NCBI GenBank assembly: GCA_014237145.1
Contig: JAAXOC010000096.1
Location: 60,138 to 124,137, forward strand
Direction: 5' to 3'
DNA length: 64,000 nucleotides
DNA from: ANME-2 cluster archaeon
GTDB taxonomy: Archaea; Halobacteriota; Methanosarcinia; Methanosarcinales; Methanocomedenaceae
Positions 45,449 to 53,748 of the stretch are shown here, piece by piece. A program made the translations under genes and the position numbers. Each line of letters starts with the position of its first letter. Within the stretch, counting starts at the first letter, position 1. The notes under the pieces are model-generated. The model saw nothing but the letters and a program-made list of their open reading frames with translations. It was not told the origin of the DNA and made no database searches.

Positions 45449-46717
45449 ATGGCAGAGAAACCACATATGAACCTGGCTGTTATCGGTCATATCGACCATG
45501 GTAAATCAACCCTTGTGGGTCGATTGATGTATGATACAGGGGCCGTAGAGGCGCATGTTATTGAGAAGTATAAGGAAGAAGCAAAGGCAAAAGGAAAGGA
45601 ATCCTTCGCTTTTGCATGGGTCATGGACTCACTCAAAGAGGAGCGGGAAAGGGGTATCACCATCGATATCGCACACCAGCGGTTTGATACTGATAAGTAT
45701 TATTTTACAGTGGTAGACTGTCCCGGTCACCGTGACTTTGTTAAGAACATGATAACAGGCGCATCCCAGGCAGATGCCGCTATCCTGGTGGTATCAGGTA
45801 AGGACAGTGTACAGGCACAGACAAAGGAACATGTGTTCCTGTCCAGGACACTGGGTATCAACCAGCTCATCATTGCGATCAATAAGATGGACGAGATCAA
45901 CTATGATGAGGCTAAATATAACAAGGCAAAGGAAGATGTCAGTGCACTGCTGAAGATTGTAGGATTCAAGCCTGCTGAAATGAATTTTATCCCCACATCG
46001 GCTTTTAAGGGCGATAACATTGCCAAAAGGAGCGAAAATACTAAATGGTATAATGGTCCGTCAATCCTGGAAGCACTTGATGAACTCAAGGAACCTGAAA
46101 AGCCCACCAAACTGCCGCTGCGTATTCCTGTACAGGACGCATATACCATCAGCGGTATAGGTACTGTACCTGTAGGACGTGTTGAGACCGGTATCATGAA
46201 AAAAGGTGAAGATGTTATCTTCCAGCCAAGTGGTGCTACAGGTGAGGTCAAGTCCATTGAGATGCATCATGAAGAGCAACCCGAGGCAGTTCCCGGTGAT
46301 AATATCGGATGGAACGTCAGGGGTATCGGAAAGAACGATGTCAGAAGAGGCGATGTGTGTGGACACTCAAGCAAACCACCAACAGTAGCAGAAGAGTTTA
46401 CTGCACAGATCGTGGTGCTTCAGCACCCGTCAGCTATTTCAGCAGGATATACACCTGTGTTCCACTGTCATACAGCCCAGACAGCCTGTACACTTATGTC
46501 ACTGGACAAGAAACTTGATCCAAAGACTGGTGAGATGAAGGAAGAGAACCCGACTTTCATTAAGGCGGGCGATGCGGCAATCGTGACTGTGAGACCTACC
46601 AGGCCCCTTGTTATAGAGAATGTGAAAGAGATCCCGCAGATGGGACGCTTTGCTATTCGTGATATGGGTCAGACTGTGGCCGCTGGAATGGTCATCAGTA
46701 TTAAGGCGAGGCCATAA
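45449..46717 (+). CDS. tuf: Elongation factor EF-1 alpha
   Basis: [18 protein letters not shown] and NKMD. Confidence 0.98.
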   Translation: MAEKPHMNLAVIGHIDHGKSTLVGRLMYDTGAVEAHVIEKYKEEAKAKGKESFAFAWVMDSLKEERERGITIDIAHQRFDTDKYYFTVVDCPGHRDFVKNMITGASQADAAILVVSGKDSVQAQTKEHVFLSRTLGINQLIIAINKMDEINYDEAKYNKAKEDVSALLKIVGFKPAEMNFIPTSAFKGDNIAKRSENTKWYNGPSILEALDELKEPEKPTKLPLRIPVQDAYTISGIGTVPVGRVETGIMKKGEDVIFQPSGATGEVKSIEMHHEEQPEAVPGDNIGWNVRGIGKNDVRRGDVCGHSSKPPTVAEEFTAQIVVLQHPSAISAGYTPVFHCHTAQTACTLMSLDKKLDPKTGEMKEENPTFIKAGDAAIVTVRPTRPLVIENVKEIPQMGRFAIRDMGQTVAAGMVISIKARP

Positions 46718-46752
46718 GCCTCACTCTCCTCTTTTTTTTGGAGTTTTTTTTA

Positions 46753-47064
46753 ATGGTACAAAAAGCAAGGATACGATTATCAGGGACAAGTACTTCAACA
46801 CTTGACACCCTGTGCAATCAAGTGAAGAGTATAGCAGAGAAGACCGGGGTCAATATTTCAGGCCCCATACCAATGCCTACAAAGAAACTGGTGGTACCAT
46901 CCTTAAAGAGTCCTGATGGTGAGGGGACAGCTACATGGGACCACTGGGAGATGCGTGTACATAAACGGCTTATTGACCTGGATGCAGACGAGCGGGCATT
47001 GAGACAGCTTATGCGGTTACAGGTCCCGAAAGATATAAGTATTGAGATTGTGCTGACTTCATAG
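46753..47064 (+). CDS. rps10: 30S ribosomal protein S10
   Basis: GPIPMPTK and [11 protein letters not shown]. Confidence 0.97.
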   Translation: MVQKARIRLSGTSTSTLDTLCNQVKSIAEKTGVNISGPIPMPTKKLVVPSLKSPDGEGTATWDHWEMRVHKRLIDLDADERALRQLMRLQVPKDISIEIVLTS

Positions 47065-47173
47065 TAAATTAATCTTTTTTCCACAGGGATTTTTACGGGG
47101 GTATTCATACCCTTTAGTTTTTATCCTTGGGTGCAAACCCAAGATTTTATAATTCTTATACTCTTTATGTGAT

Positions 47174-47644
47174 ATGGTGAATCAGATGATTATTGGTTTT
47201 CAGGTTAAAAATATCGAATCAAAGTCGTTTATAGGTCCCGAAGGTGCAAAGCATCAAAAAAGCATTAACATTAATTTTGATATTAATATAAGGAATCCCA
47301 CACTTGTGGTACAGAATACTCCTTTTGGAGAAAAACAGGTAATCAGGCTGGAGTATGCCCTGTCTATCAATTACCTGAACCCAAATATTGGCTATATCAG
47401 GTTTGAAGGTTCTACGGATTATTTCCAGGATGCTGATCTGGAAGCACTGCATAAACAGTGGACTGCCGGGTCTGCGCCACCTGCGGTGCAAAACGAAGTA
47501 GCTAATACTATGGTGAGTAACCTGGCACCTATGGCGCTGACTATATCCAAGACGCTGGGGTTGCCGCCTGCTGTGCCGCTGCCTGCTATTAATTTTCAGG
47601 GTAAGCAGAAGAAGCCTGAAGAGCCAACGTATTATCACGGGTGA
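47174..47644 (+). CDS. Conserved hypothetical archaeal protein
   Basis: Clean 156-aa ORF with beta-rich N-terminus and LGLPPAVPLP motif; function not recognised. Confidence 0.7.
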   Translation: MVNQMIIGFQVKNIESKSFIGPEGAKHQKSININFDINIRNPTLVVQNTPFGEKQVIRLEYALSINYLNPNIGYIRFEGSTDYFQDADLEALHKQWTAGSAPPAVQNEVANTMVSNLAPMALTISKTLGLPPAVPLPAINFQGKQKKPEEPTYYHG

Positions 47645-47672
47645 GAAAGGGTTCTTTTAAGGTATTGTAGCA

Positions 47673-47779
47673 TAGTGTCAAGTCAACCATGAAACGTATA
47701 GCGACCATCTGCCCTATTTTATATGGCGTAGGCGGATTTAAATAAATCAGTGCGACACTTTACGCTTGACTTGACAATA
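47673..47779. mobile_element. Putative MITE (107 bp including flanking TA), IS630/Tc1-like
   Basis: TAGTGTCAAGTCAA ... TTGACTTGACAATA inverted ends (13/14 match) with TA at both outer edges. Confidence 0.65.
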
Positions 47780-47992
47780 AAGTATGAAGTTGTTCTACAT
47801 GGCTAACTCTTCTGCTTTTTTTGTATAACCTGATTTTGATATTACGGCAAAGTGGTCGGTTCTGTCATTGATGTTCCAATCCACGAAGCCGGATTTATCC
47901 AGTAGGACGGTAAGTACGTCAATACCGGTTATCATGTTCTGTCATTTGCATTCCCAAAAAAGGATATTTTTTGAATCCTCATAAAATACTAC
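47780..47992 (-). pseudogene. C-terminal remnant of archaeal ATPase-DUF234-type protein (PD-(D/E)xK-like domain)
   Basis: VVFYEDSKNILFWECK*QNMITGIDVL...VDWNINDRTDHFAVISKSGYTKKAEELAM*NNFILY; two in-frame stops. Confidence 0.65.
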
Positions 47993-48135
47993 CTATCAGT
48001 ATTATGAGACTTTTTAATTTATTCTGATCAAGTGGGATAAATGGATCCTGGCAAAGAAGATTAAACACATAGAACACAGAGTATTATTGTTCATATATAC
48101 ACCTTATTGCAAGAGCAACATAAAAGTATCTTGTA

Positions 48136-48216
48136 GCCTACTCGAAAAGTAGGCCGAGAGGGATAACAAGTATTTTGTTTGGGATGCGTTCCCGTGAGAA
48201 AACCTGTTACCCTCTC
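48136..48216. other. Two adjacent stem-loops (structured non-coding element)
   Basis: GCCTACT-CGAAA-AGTAGGC; GAGAGGGATAACA...TGTTACCCTCTC enclosing GGGA-TGCGT-TCCC. Confidence 0.5.
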
Positions 48217-48268
48217 ATCCTTTTAATACACGAATAAGTACGTTTTGGACATATAAATAAATATGTAT

Positions 48269-48357
48269 GTGACGTTAAGAAATCAACTGCCATAATGCTG
48301 TCGAGCGAAGCGAACCCTAGAGGGGCGACAGCTTTATGAGCGGTTGATTTTAGTCAC
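48269..48357. other. Long imperfect hairpin resembling an IS200/IS605 end or omega-RNA 5' stem
   Basis: GTGAC..AATCAACTGC-CATAA-T-GCTGTCG ... CGACAGC-T-TTATG-A-GCGGTTGATT..GTCAC. Confidence 0.5.
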
Positions 48358-48675
48358 GTTGGCAGGGGATGACATGGAATCCAGAACAACAACATGTATA
48401 TTTCGGGCATTTGGGGAGGGAGCGGCCCTGCCTCGTGCTGAACAAACCGAAAGGTATAATAGTACGTTTTCTCTGTGTTCTCAGTGGTAAAATTACAATT
48501 AGCTGAAGATTTAAGTGTTGAGACATTAGCATCGATGATTTTTATTGAAGTCATCTATCGATAACTTCTATCGAAGTCATCTATCGAATATTAGGTTCTT
48601 GACTATAATTATTGAAAGATGCAGGAAATCATACAAATCATACTTTATGCAGTGAAAAAACCAGGACGTAGGGAT

Positions 48676-49251
48676 ATGAGAATTGCAAAACAGAAACGTA
48701 AGACCAGGGAGACTGAAATTGGAATGAAACTTAACCTGGACGGCAGCGGGTCTGCCGATATAGATACTGGTATCGCTTTTTTTGATCATATGCTGACTTC
48801 ACTGACCAGGCATGGTGGACTTGACCTCACTATAAATGCCACTGGGGATGTGCATGTGGATGAGCACCATACTATAGAGGATGTGGGTATTGTGCTGGGA
48901 AAAACCCTTGAAAAAGCACTGGGTGACAAAAAGGGGATAGTAAGGTTCGGGGAAGCGAGGATACCCATGGATGAGGCGCTGGCAGAGGTAGCGCTGGACC
49001 TGGGGGGTAGGAGTTATCTTGCTTTTGATGCACGGTTCATGAGCCCGAAGGTGGGCGATTTCGGCACCCAGATGACCAGGCATTTTTTTGAGTCTTTGGT
49101 CAGCAATGCGGGTATTAATGTGCATATGAAGGTGGAAGGTGAGAACGACCACCACAAGATCGAGGTGCTGTTCAAGGCTTTTGCGGTGGCGCTGAAGCGG
49201 GCTGCAGCTGTGGTTGGGGACGATGTGCCCAGTACCAAGGGTGTGCTGTGA
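48676..49251 (+). CDS. hisB: Imidazoleglycerol-phosphate dehydratase
   Basis: [21 protein letters not shown] and PSTKGVL. Confidence 0.97.
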   Translation: MRIAKQKRKTRETEIGMKLNLDGSGSADIDTGIAFFDHMLTSLTRHGGLDLTINATGDVHVDEHHTIEDVGIVLGKTLEKALGDKKGIVRFGEARIPMDEALAEVALDLGGRSYLAFDARFMSPKVGDFGTQMTRHFFESLVSNAGINVHMKVEGENDHHKIEVLFKAFAVALKRAAAVVGDDVPSTKGVL

Positions 49252-49370
49252 GACTTTGCCTGGTAGTTTGGTAAGATACTATCTGTTAGAGTTTACCCCT
49301 TCATTTCTACTGCAACTAATAATAGTGTAGAATGTTGCAGGGACTGGGAATATCCGGCCTTGGGACAAAA

Positions 49371-49540
49371 TTACTCAATCTGCAGTCCCATAATTTCGCA
49401 GTCTTCTTCAGTAAGCTCCACCACACGGACATAATACTCGGCAGAAAATCGTTCTAAAAAATCTATAATCCGCTTTTCATACTTATCCTGAATGACAAAT
49501 ACCCCACGTATGAGCTTACGATATGGGATATCATCCAGGA
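49371..49540 (-). pseudogene. 3' remnant of a small archaeal protein gene
   Basis: LDDIPYRKLIRGVFVI...IIDFLERFSAEYYVRVVELTEED is protein-like and lacks a credible start. Confidence 0.45.
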
Positions 49541-49686
49541 TATTCGAATACAATACTTGTGAGTTTCCCGAAACCAACTGGGATCTGTATGACTATGCTC
49601 AGATCAAAGAGTTTGCCAACTACTTAAATGATCTAAGAGATCTTGTTGATGAAGCTGACAAACGAATGAAAAAACTGACTTGTTAA
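49540..49686 (+). pseudogene. 3' remnant of an unidentified gene
   Basis: IFEYNTCEFPETNWDLYDYAQIKEFANYLNDLRDLVDEADKRMKKLTC*; amphipathic helix, no credible start. Confidence 0.4.
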
Positions 49687-49722
49687 AGATGGGATATATA
49701 TCATTCACTGTCTCCTTCCAGT

Positions 49723-50598
49723 TTAATCTTTTCCTGAAATAATTTCAGGCTCAAGATGCACAACCACATCCTTTACACCTTCCACCCTCTCCTTGATGCG
49801 GTTCTCAACTGCATGGGCTAAGCAGTGCGCCTCATCCATATGCATATCTGCCCTTACATGCACGTGCAGGTCCACATAGACATTATCGGCTGTACCCCTG
49901 GTCCTGATATGGTGGCAGTCCTCAACCCCCTTTATTTCCAGTGCAATCCCACACAGCATATCAGTATCCAGGACCGATGTGTCCAGCAGAGTGAAGGATA
50001 CTTCCCTCACCACATCCAGCCCGGCCTTGGCAATGACCAATGCGATTACGATACCTGCAACTACATCGATCATAGGGTAGCCTGCCTTAACTGCTATCAG
50101 ACTGCAGATAACGCCAATAGATACGAAGATATCACTCCTGGTGTGGAGGGAATCGGCAACCAGTATCTGGCTGTTATATTCCCTGCCCTTCCGGCTTTCA
50201 AGTATGGTGACAAAAAGGTTAACGGCCATGGTACCCAGCATGATGGCAAAACTCAATGAGGTGACCCTGGGGATAGAAGGTTCATATATGGTTTGAATGG
50301 CACCCCTGGCCACTTCGAACCCTGTGATGAGCAGCAGGCCGGCTATGAACAGCGAGGCGAACTGCTCATGTTTGCGGTGCCCGTAGGGGTGGGATTCATC
50401 GGGCGGACGGGACGCCACCCAGATACCCAGCATTCCCACCGTGGTCGATGCACCGTCCATTAAGGAATGGAAACCGTCAGCCTTCATGCTGATAGAACCG
50501 GTCAGGTGACCGTATACCAGCTTTGCAAATGCTACAACCAGATTCAATGACAGCGCTAAGGCCTGTACTTTAATTATCTTTTTATATTTCATGTCCAC
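49723..50598 (-). CDS. Cation diffusion facilitator (FieF/CzcD family)
   Basis: ADGFHSLMD, HPYGH and ADSLHTRSD; C-terminal dimerisation domain ending VVVHLEP. Confidence 0.93.
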   Translation of the reverse strand: MDMKYKKIIKVQALALSLNLVVAFAKLVYGHLTGSISMKADGFHSLMDGASTTVGMLGIWVASRPPDESHPYGHRKHEQFASLFIAGLLLITGFEVARGAIQTIYEPSIPRVTSLSFAIMLGTMAVNLFVTILESRKGREYNSQILVADSLHTRSDIFVSIGVICSLIAVKAGYPMIDVVAGIVIALVIAKAGLDVVREVSFTLLDTSVLDTDMLCGIALEIKGVEDCHHIRTRGTADNVYVDLHVHVRADMHMDEAHCLAHAVENRIKERVEGVKDVVVHLEPEIISGKD

Positions 50599-50708
50599 GC
50601 CTGGGAATTGACCAGTCTATATCATTTTACGGTCTTTATCAGTATACAGTCAATATCAGTATATTATCCGGCACAATATTTCTATACTTCTCTATCATAT
50701 GATGCCCC

Positions 50709-52619
50709 ATGACAAAGATATACCTGGGAAAAATGGTGCTGCACTGGTGCCCCCAATGCGATCTACCGGTACTGGAGCCCATATGTGCATGCGGCTCACC
50801 TGCTGGTAAGGTCAGGGTTACACCGCCCGGTGATATCAGGCCCACATTCCCCCATGATATTAACCTTATCAATGCTACTGCTATAACGCAGTTCGGCAGT
50901 CCCTTGATACCTGACGGGACTATCGCCATCATGAATAAAGTGCCATCGGACGACAGGATGGAAGAGATCATAGCCAGTGGAGTGCCCCTTGCCAATATCA
51001 GGTTCGATGTGGAGTCAGGTAAGTGGGTACTGCTGCCCAGGATGGAAGGGGCAGCCAGGATATTCACTAAAATGGAGGGGCGCAGCAACTGGGTGGTGAT
51101 CGACGAATCGGCAGTACCGTTCATAGAAAAAGGTGCCAGCACGCTGGCACCCGGCGTTATCGATGCCGACCCTGGGATCATCCCGGGCGCTGAGGTGATA
51201 GTGGTATCGCCTGATGGCATACCTGTGTCTGCCGGCAGGGCTAAGATGAACGGTAGGGAAATGGTGGAAGCCAAAAGGGGCGTGGCTGTCAAGACCAGGT
51301 GGAGCGGGATTGTTGAAACAGTTGCAGCACCCGTCCCCCATTCATGGGATGATGTAGTTACTGCTAATCTTAATATCCTAAAAGATTTTGAAGCTAAAGC
51401 CCATGCGTTTATCAGGAACGTGTCCCAATCCACAAACCGACCTGTAAGTGTATCATACTCGGGGGGCAAGGACAGCCTGGTCACCTTGCTGCTGGTAATG
51501 GACTGCCTGGATGGCTTCAATGTCTTGTTCGCTGATACCGGACTGGAGTTCCCAGAGACACTGGAGAATGTAAAAGAGGTTGGCAGGCATTACGGCCTGA
51601 CTGTGAAAACCTTTTATGCAGGGGACGTGTTCTGGGACTCAATCGATACTTTCGGACCACCCACGGTTGAGGCGAGATGGTGCTGCAAGACCTGTAAACT
51701 GGGCCCGATCTCCACGCTCATTGAAGAGAACTTCCCAGAAGGCTGCCTGACATTTATCGGTCAGCGCAAGTACGAAAGCGAGGGCCGGGCCAGGAGTGAT
51801 AAGATATGGAAGAATCCCTGGATAGGTAACCAGATAGCGGCCTCGCCGATCCAGAACTGGACTGCGCTGCATATCTGGCTGTACCTCTTCTGGAAAGGGG
51901 CGCCGTACAATCCGTTGTATGAACAGGGGTTCGACCGCATCGGCTGCTGGCTGTGTCCCTCGGGAAGCATGGCTGAGATGTCGCGTATTAAGGATATTCA
52001 TCCTGAAATGTGGGCCAGGTTCGAGGAGAAGCTGCACTCCCATGCAGAGAAGTTCGGCTACGGGAAGGGCTGGGTAGATTACGGGCTGTGGCGCTGGCAA
52101 AATCCTCCGAAAGTGCAGCGTAAAATGGCAGAGAGGCTGGGCATCAACCTGGTACCTGAAGGGTTCGGCGGGGAGATGGAGTTCTCAATGGTGTCTGGGT
52201 ACAGGCCATGTAAGGCTGGCGGGGTTTCGGCTGAGGGTAGTTTTGGTGTGCCCCTGAACCTTGAGGCAATCGAGGGTTCGGGTATGATGAGAGTGCTGGG
52301 TGAGGTGCATTCCATGGATGGTGTGATCACATCCAGCCAGGGTGAGGATAATGTGCAGGTGTTCGCATCTGGCACTGTGACTGCCAGGAGCGATACTGAT
52401 GCCAGAGCCAGGCGGTTGATGAGGGGGGCCGAATCTTCGATCCGGCGGGCGCTGGAGTGTACGGGCTGCGGGCTGTGTGTGGGTAAGTGCAAGGTGCGGG
52501 GTGTGAAGGTTAAGGATGGGTGGGCTATGGTGAATGAGAACTGTACGCATTGTGGGCTGTGTTTGAAAGCATGCCCGGTGGTGCGGTATTTGAATACCAA
52601 AGATCTATCGAATATATGA
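50709..52619 (+). CDS. PAPS-reductase-family protein with Zn ribbon, PUA domain and C-terminal 4Fe-4S dicluster
   Basis: SYSGGKDS PP-loop, WCCKTCK, RIGCWLCP, and CxxCxxC twice. Confidence 0.88.
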   Translation: MTKIYLGKMVLHWCPQCDLPVLEPICACGSPAGKVRVTPPGDIRPTFPHDINLINATAITQFGSPLIPDGTIAIMNKVPSDDRMEEIIASGVPLANIRFDVESGKWVLLPRMEGAARIFTKMEGRSNWVVIDESAVPFIEKGASTLAPGVIDADPGIIPGAEVIVVSPDGIPVSAGRAKMNGREMVEAKRGVAVKTRWSGIVETVAAPVPHSWDDVVTANLNILKDFEAKAHAFIRNVSQSTNRPVSVSYSGGKDSLVTLLLVMDCLDGFNVLFADTGLEFPETLENVKEVGRHYGLTVKTFYAGDVFWDSIDTFGPPTVEARWCCKTCKLGPISTLIEENFPEGCLTFIGQRKYESEGRARSDKIWKNPWIGNQIAASPIQNWTALHIWLYLFWKGAPYNPLYEQGFDRIGCWLCPSGSMAEMSRIKDIHPEMWARFEEKLHSHAEKFGYGKGWVDYGLWRWQNPPKVQRKMAERLGINLVPEGFGGEMEFSMVSGYRPCKAGGVSAEGSFGVPLNLEAIEGSGMMRVLGEVHSMDGVITSSQGEDNVQVFASGTVTARSDTDARARRLMRGAESSIRRALECTGCGLCVGKCKVRGVKVKDGWAMVNENCTHCGLCLKACPVVRYLNTKDLSNI

Positions 52620-52819
52620 TGAGTATACTTAACGTAGAATCGAATTTGGGTTAATTATACATGACACACATTAGACAGGTGCTGCCGGACTCCAATGAAT
52701 AGTGGAAGGGTATAAGTTTTTAGTGGATGACTATTTTGGGTAGCTATCCTAAAGTACTGAAAGTGACTGGAACGATTTTAAATTTTGATATTCACTTAAC
52801 ATAGTTCCAGGAGGAATCG

Positions 52820-53003
52820 AATGCCACGTTTTACTCTCTTAGACATAGTTTTGCCACATATCTACTGGAAAGTGGTACAGACATGCAGTATATCCAGGAG
52901 TTGCCTGAGCACAAAAGTTCAAAGATAACAGAAATATATACACATATCTGTACCAAGAATGTAGGTAAGTTTAAAAACCCATTGGATAGTTTACAGATAA
53001 AAG
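52820..53003 (+). pseudogene. C-terminal remnant of a tyrosine recombinase (Xer/IntI-like)
   Basis: NATFYSLRHSFATYLLESGTDMQYIQELPEHKSSKITEIYTHICTKNVGKFKNPLDSL; box II HxLRH has become YSLRH and LLGH has become LPEH. Confidence 0.85.
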
Positions 53004-53018
53004 AAGGAGAATCACTTA

Positions 53019-53540
53019 TTGACCCAGCTTGAATACATCGAAGCTATTGAAAAGCGCCTCTGGGGTGTGGTGGACACAATGCGGGCTAACTCCAACTACG
53101 CCAGCAACGAGTACTTCCTACCCGTGATGGGGCTGGTGTTTCTCAGGCACGCCTACAGCTGCCATCTTGCGGTGAAGGGTGGTATCGAGGCTAACCTTCC
53201 CACCCGCGGCGTCAAGACGCGAGCGCTGACCAAGAAGGATTTCTCCGGGCAGGGCGCTATTTTCCTTCAACCCAGGGCGCAGTTCGACCATCTCGTGGCC
53301 CTGCCCGGCAGCGAAGACCGCTCCAAGGCGATCATTGAAGCAATGGAGTCTATAGAAGGCGACTACGACAACCTGCGTGGTGTCCTTCCCAAGAGCGAAT
53401 ATCAGGAACTGGATGACGATGTACTCGGCCAGCTCTTGCGGACGCTCAACCCCGACGAGCTGGCGAAATATAATGAGTCACTCACCCAAGCCCGCAACCT
53501 CCTCCTGCCGCGCTTGATGAATGGGGAGGTTGTCGTTTGA
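53019..53540 (+). pseudogene. Type I R-M hsdM N-terminus fused in frame to hsdS C-terminal tail
   Basis: IEKRLW...MRANS...EYFLPVMGLVFLR (HsdM_N); no SAM-binding or NPP motifs; ends LTQARNLLLPRLMNGEV (HsdS C-terminal conserved region). Confidence 0.85.
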
Positions 53541-53748
53541 GCTTAATTGTTTTCGTCAAACTCATTGCTTTGTGCGAATGGTTTACTGTAAAGCATAAAC
53601 GTACTGTAACCTCAACCAGATACTCTCAAGCCGCTGTCGGTCTTGACGAGGGTTTGAGTGAACGGAGCGTTGGGTGCGTTAACATCTATGTAGCCATGTT
53701 GGTTTTTATGGCGACGATACGGGCAAGCATGCTTTTGGAGGCAGTCTG

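Noticed and set aside
12448..47108. Many antisense and alternate-frame ORFs over ribosomal, rpo and EF genes
   Set aside because: Shadow ORFs of conserved genes with no motifs or SD support
48121..48220. Hammerhead ribozyme
   Set aside because: The CUGANGA core is absent on both strands
52615..52700. C/D box sRNA starting at ATGATGA
   Set aside because: The motif overlaps the upstream stop codon and no properly spaced CTGA D box follows
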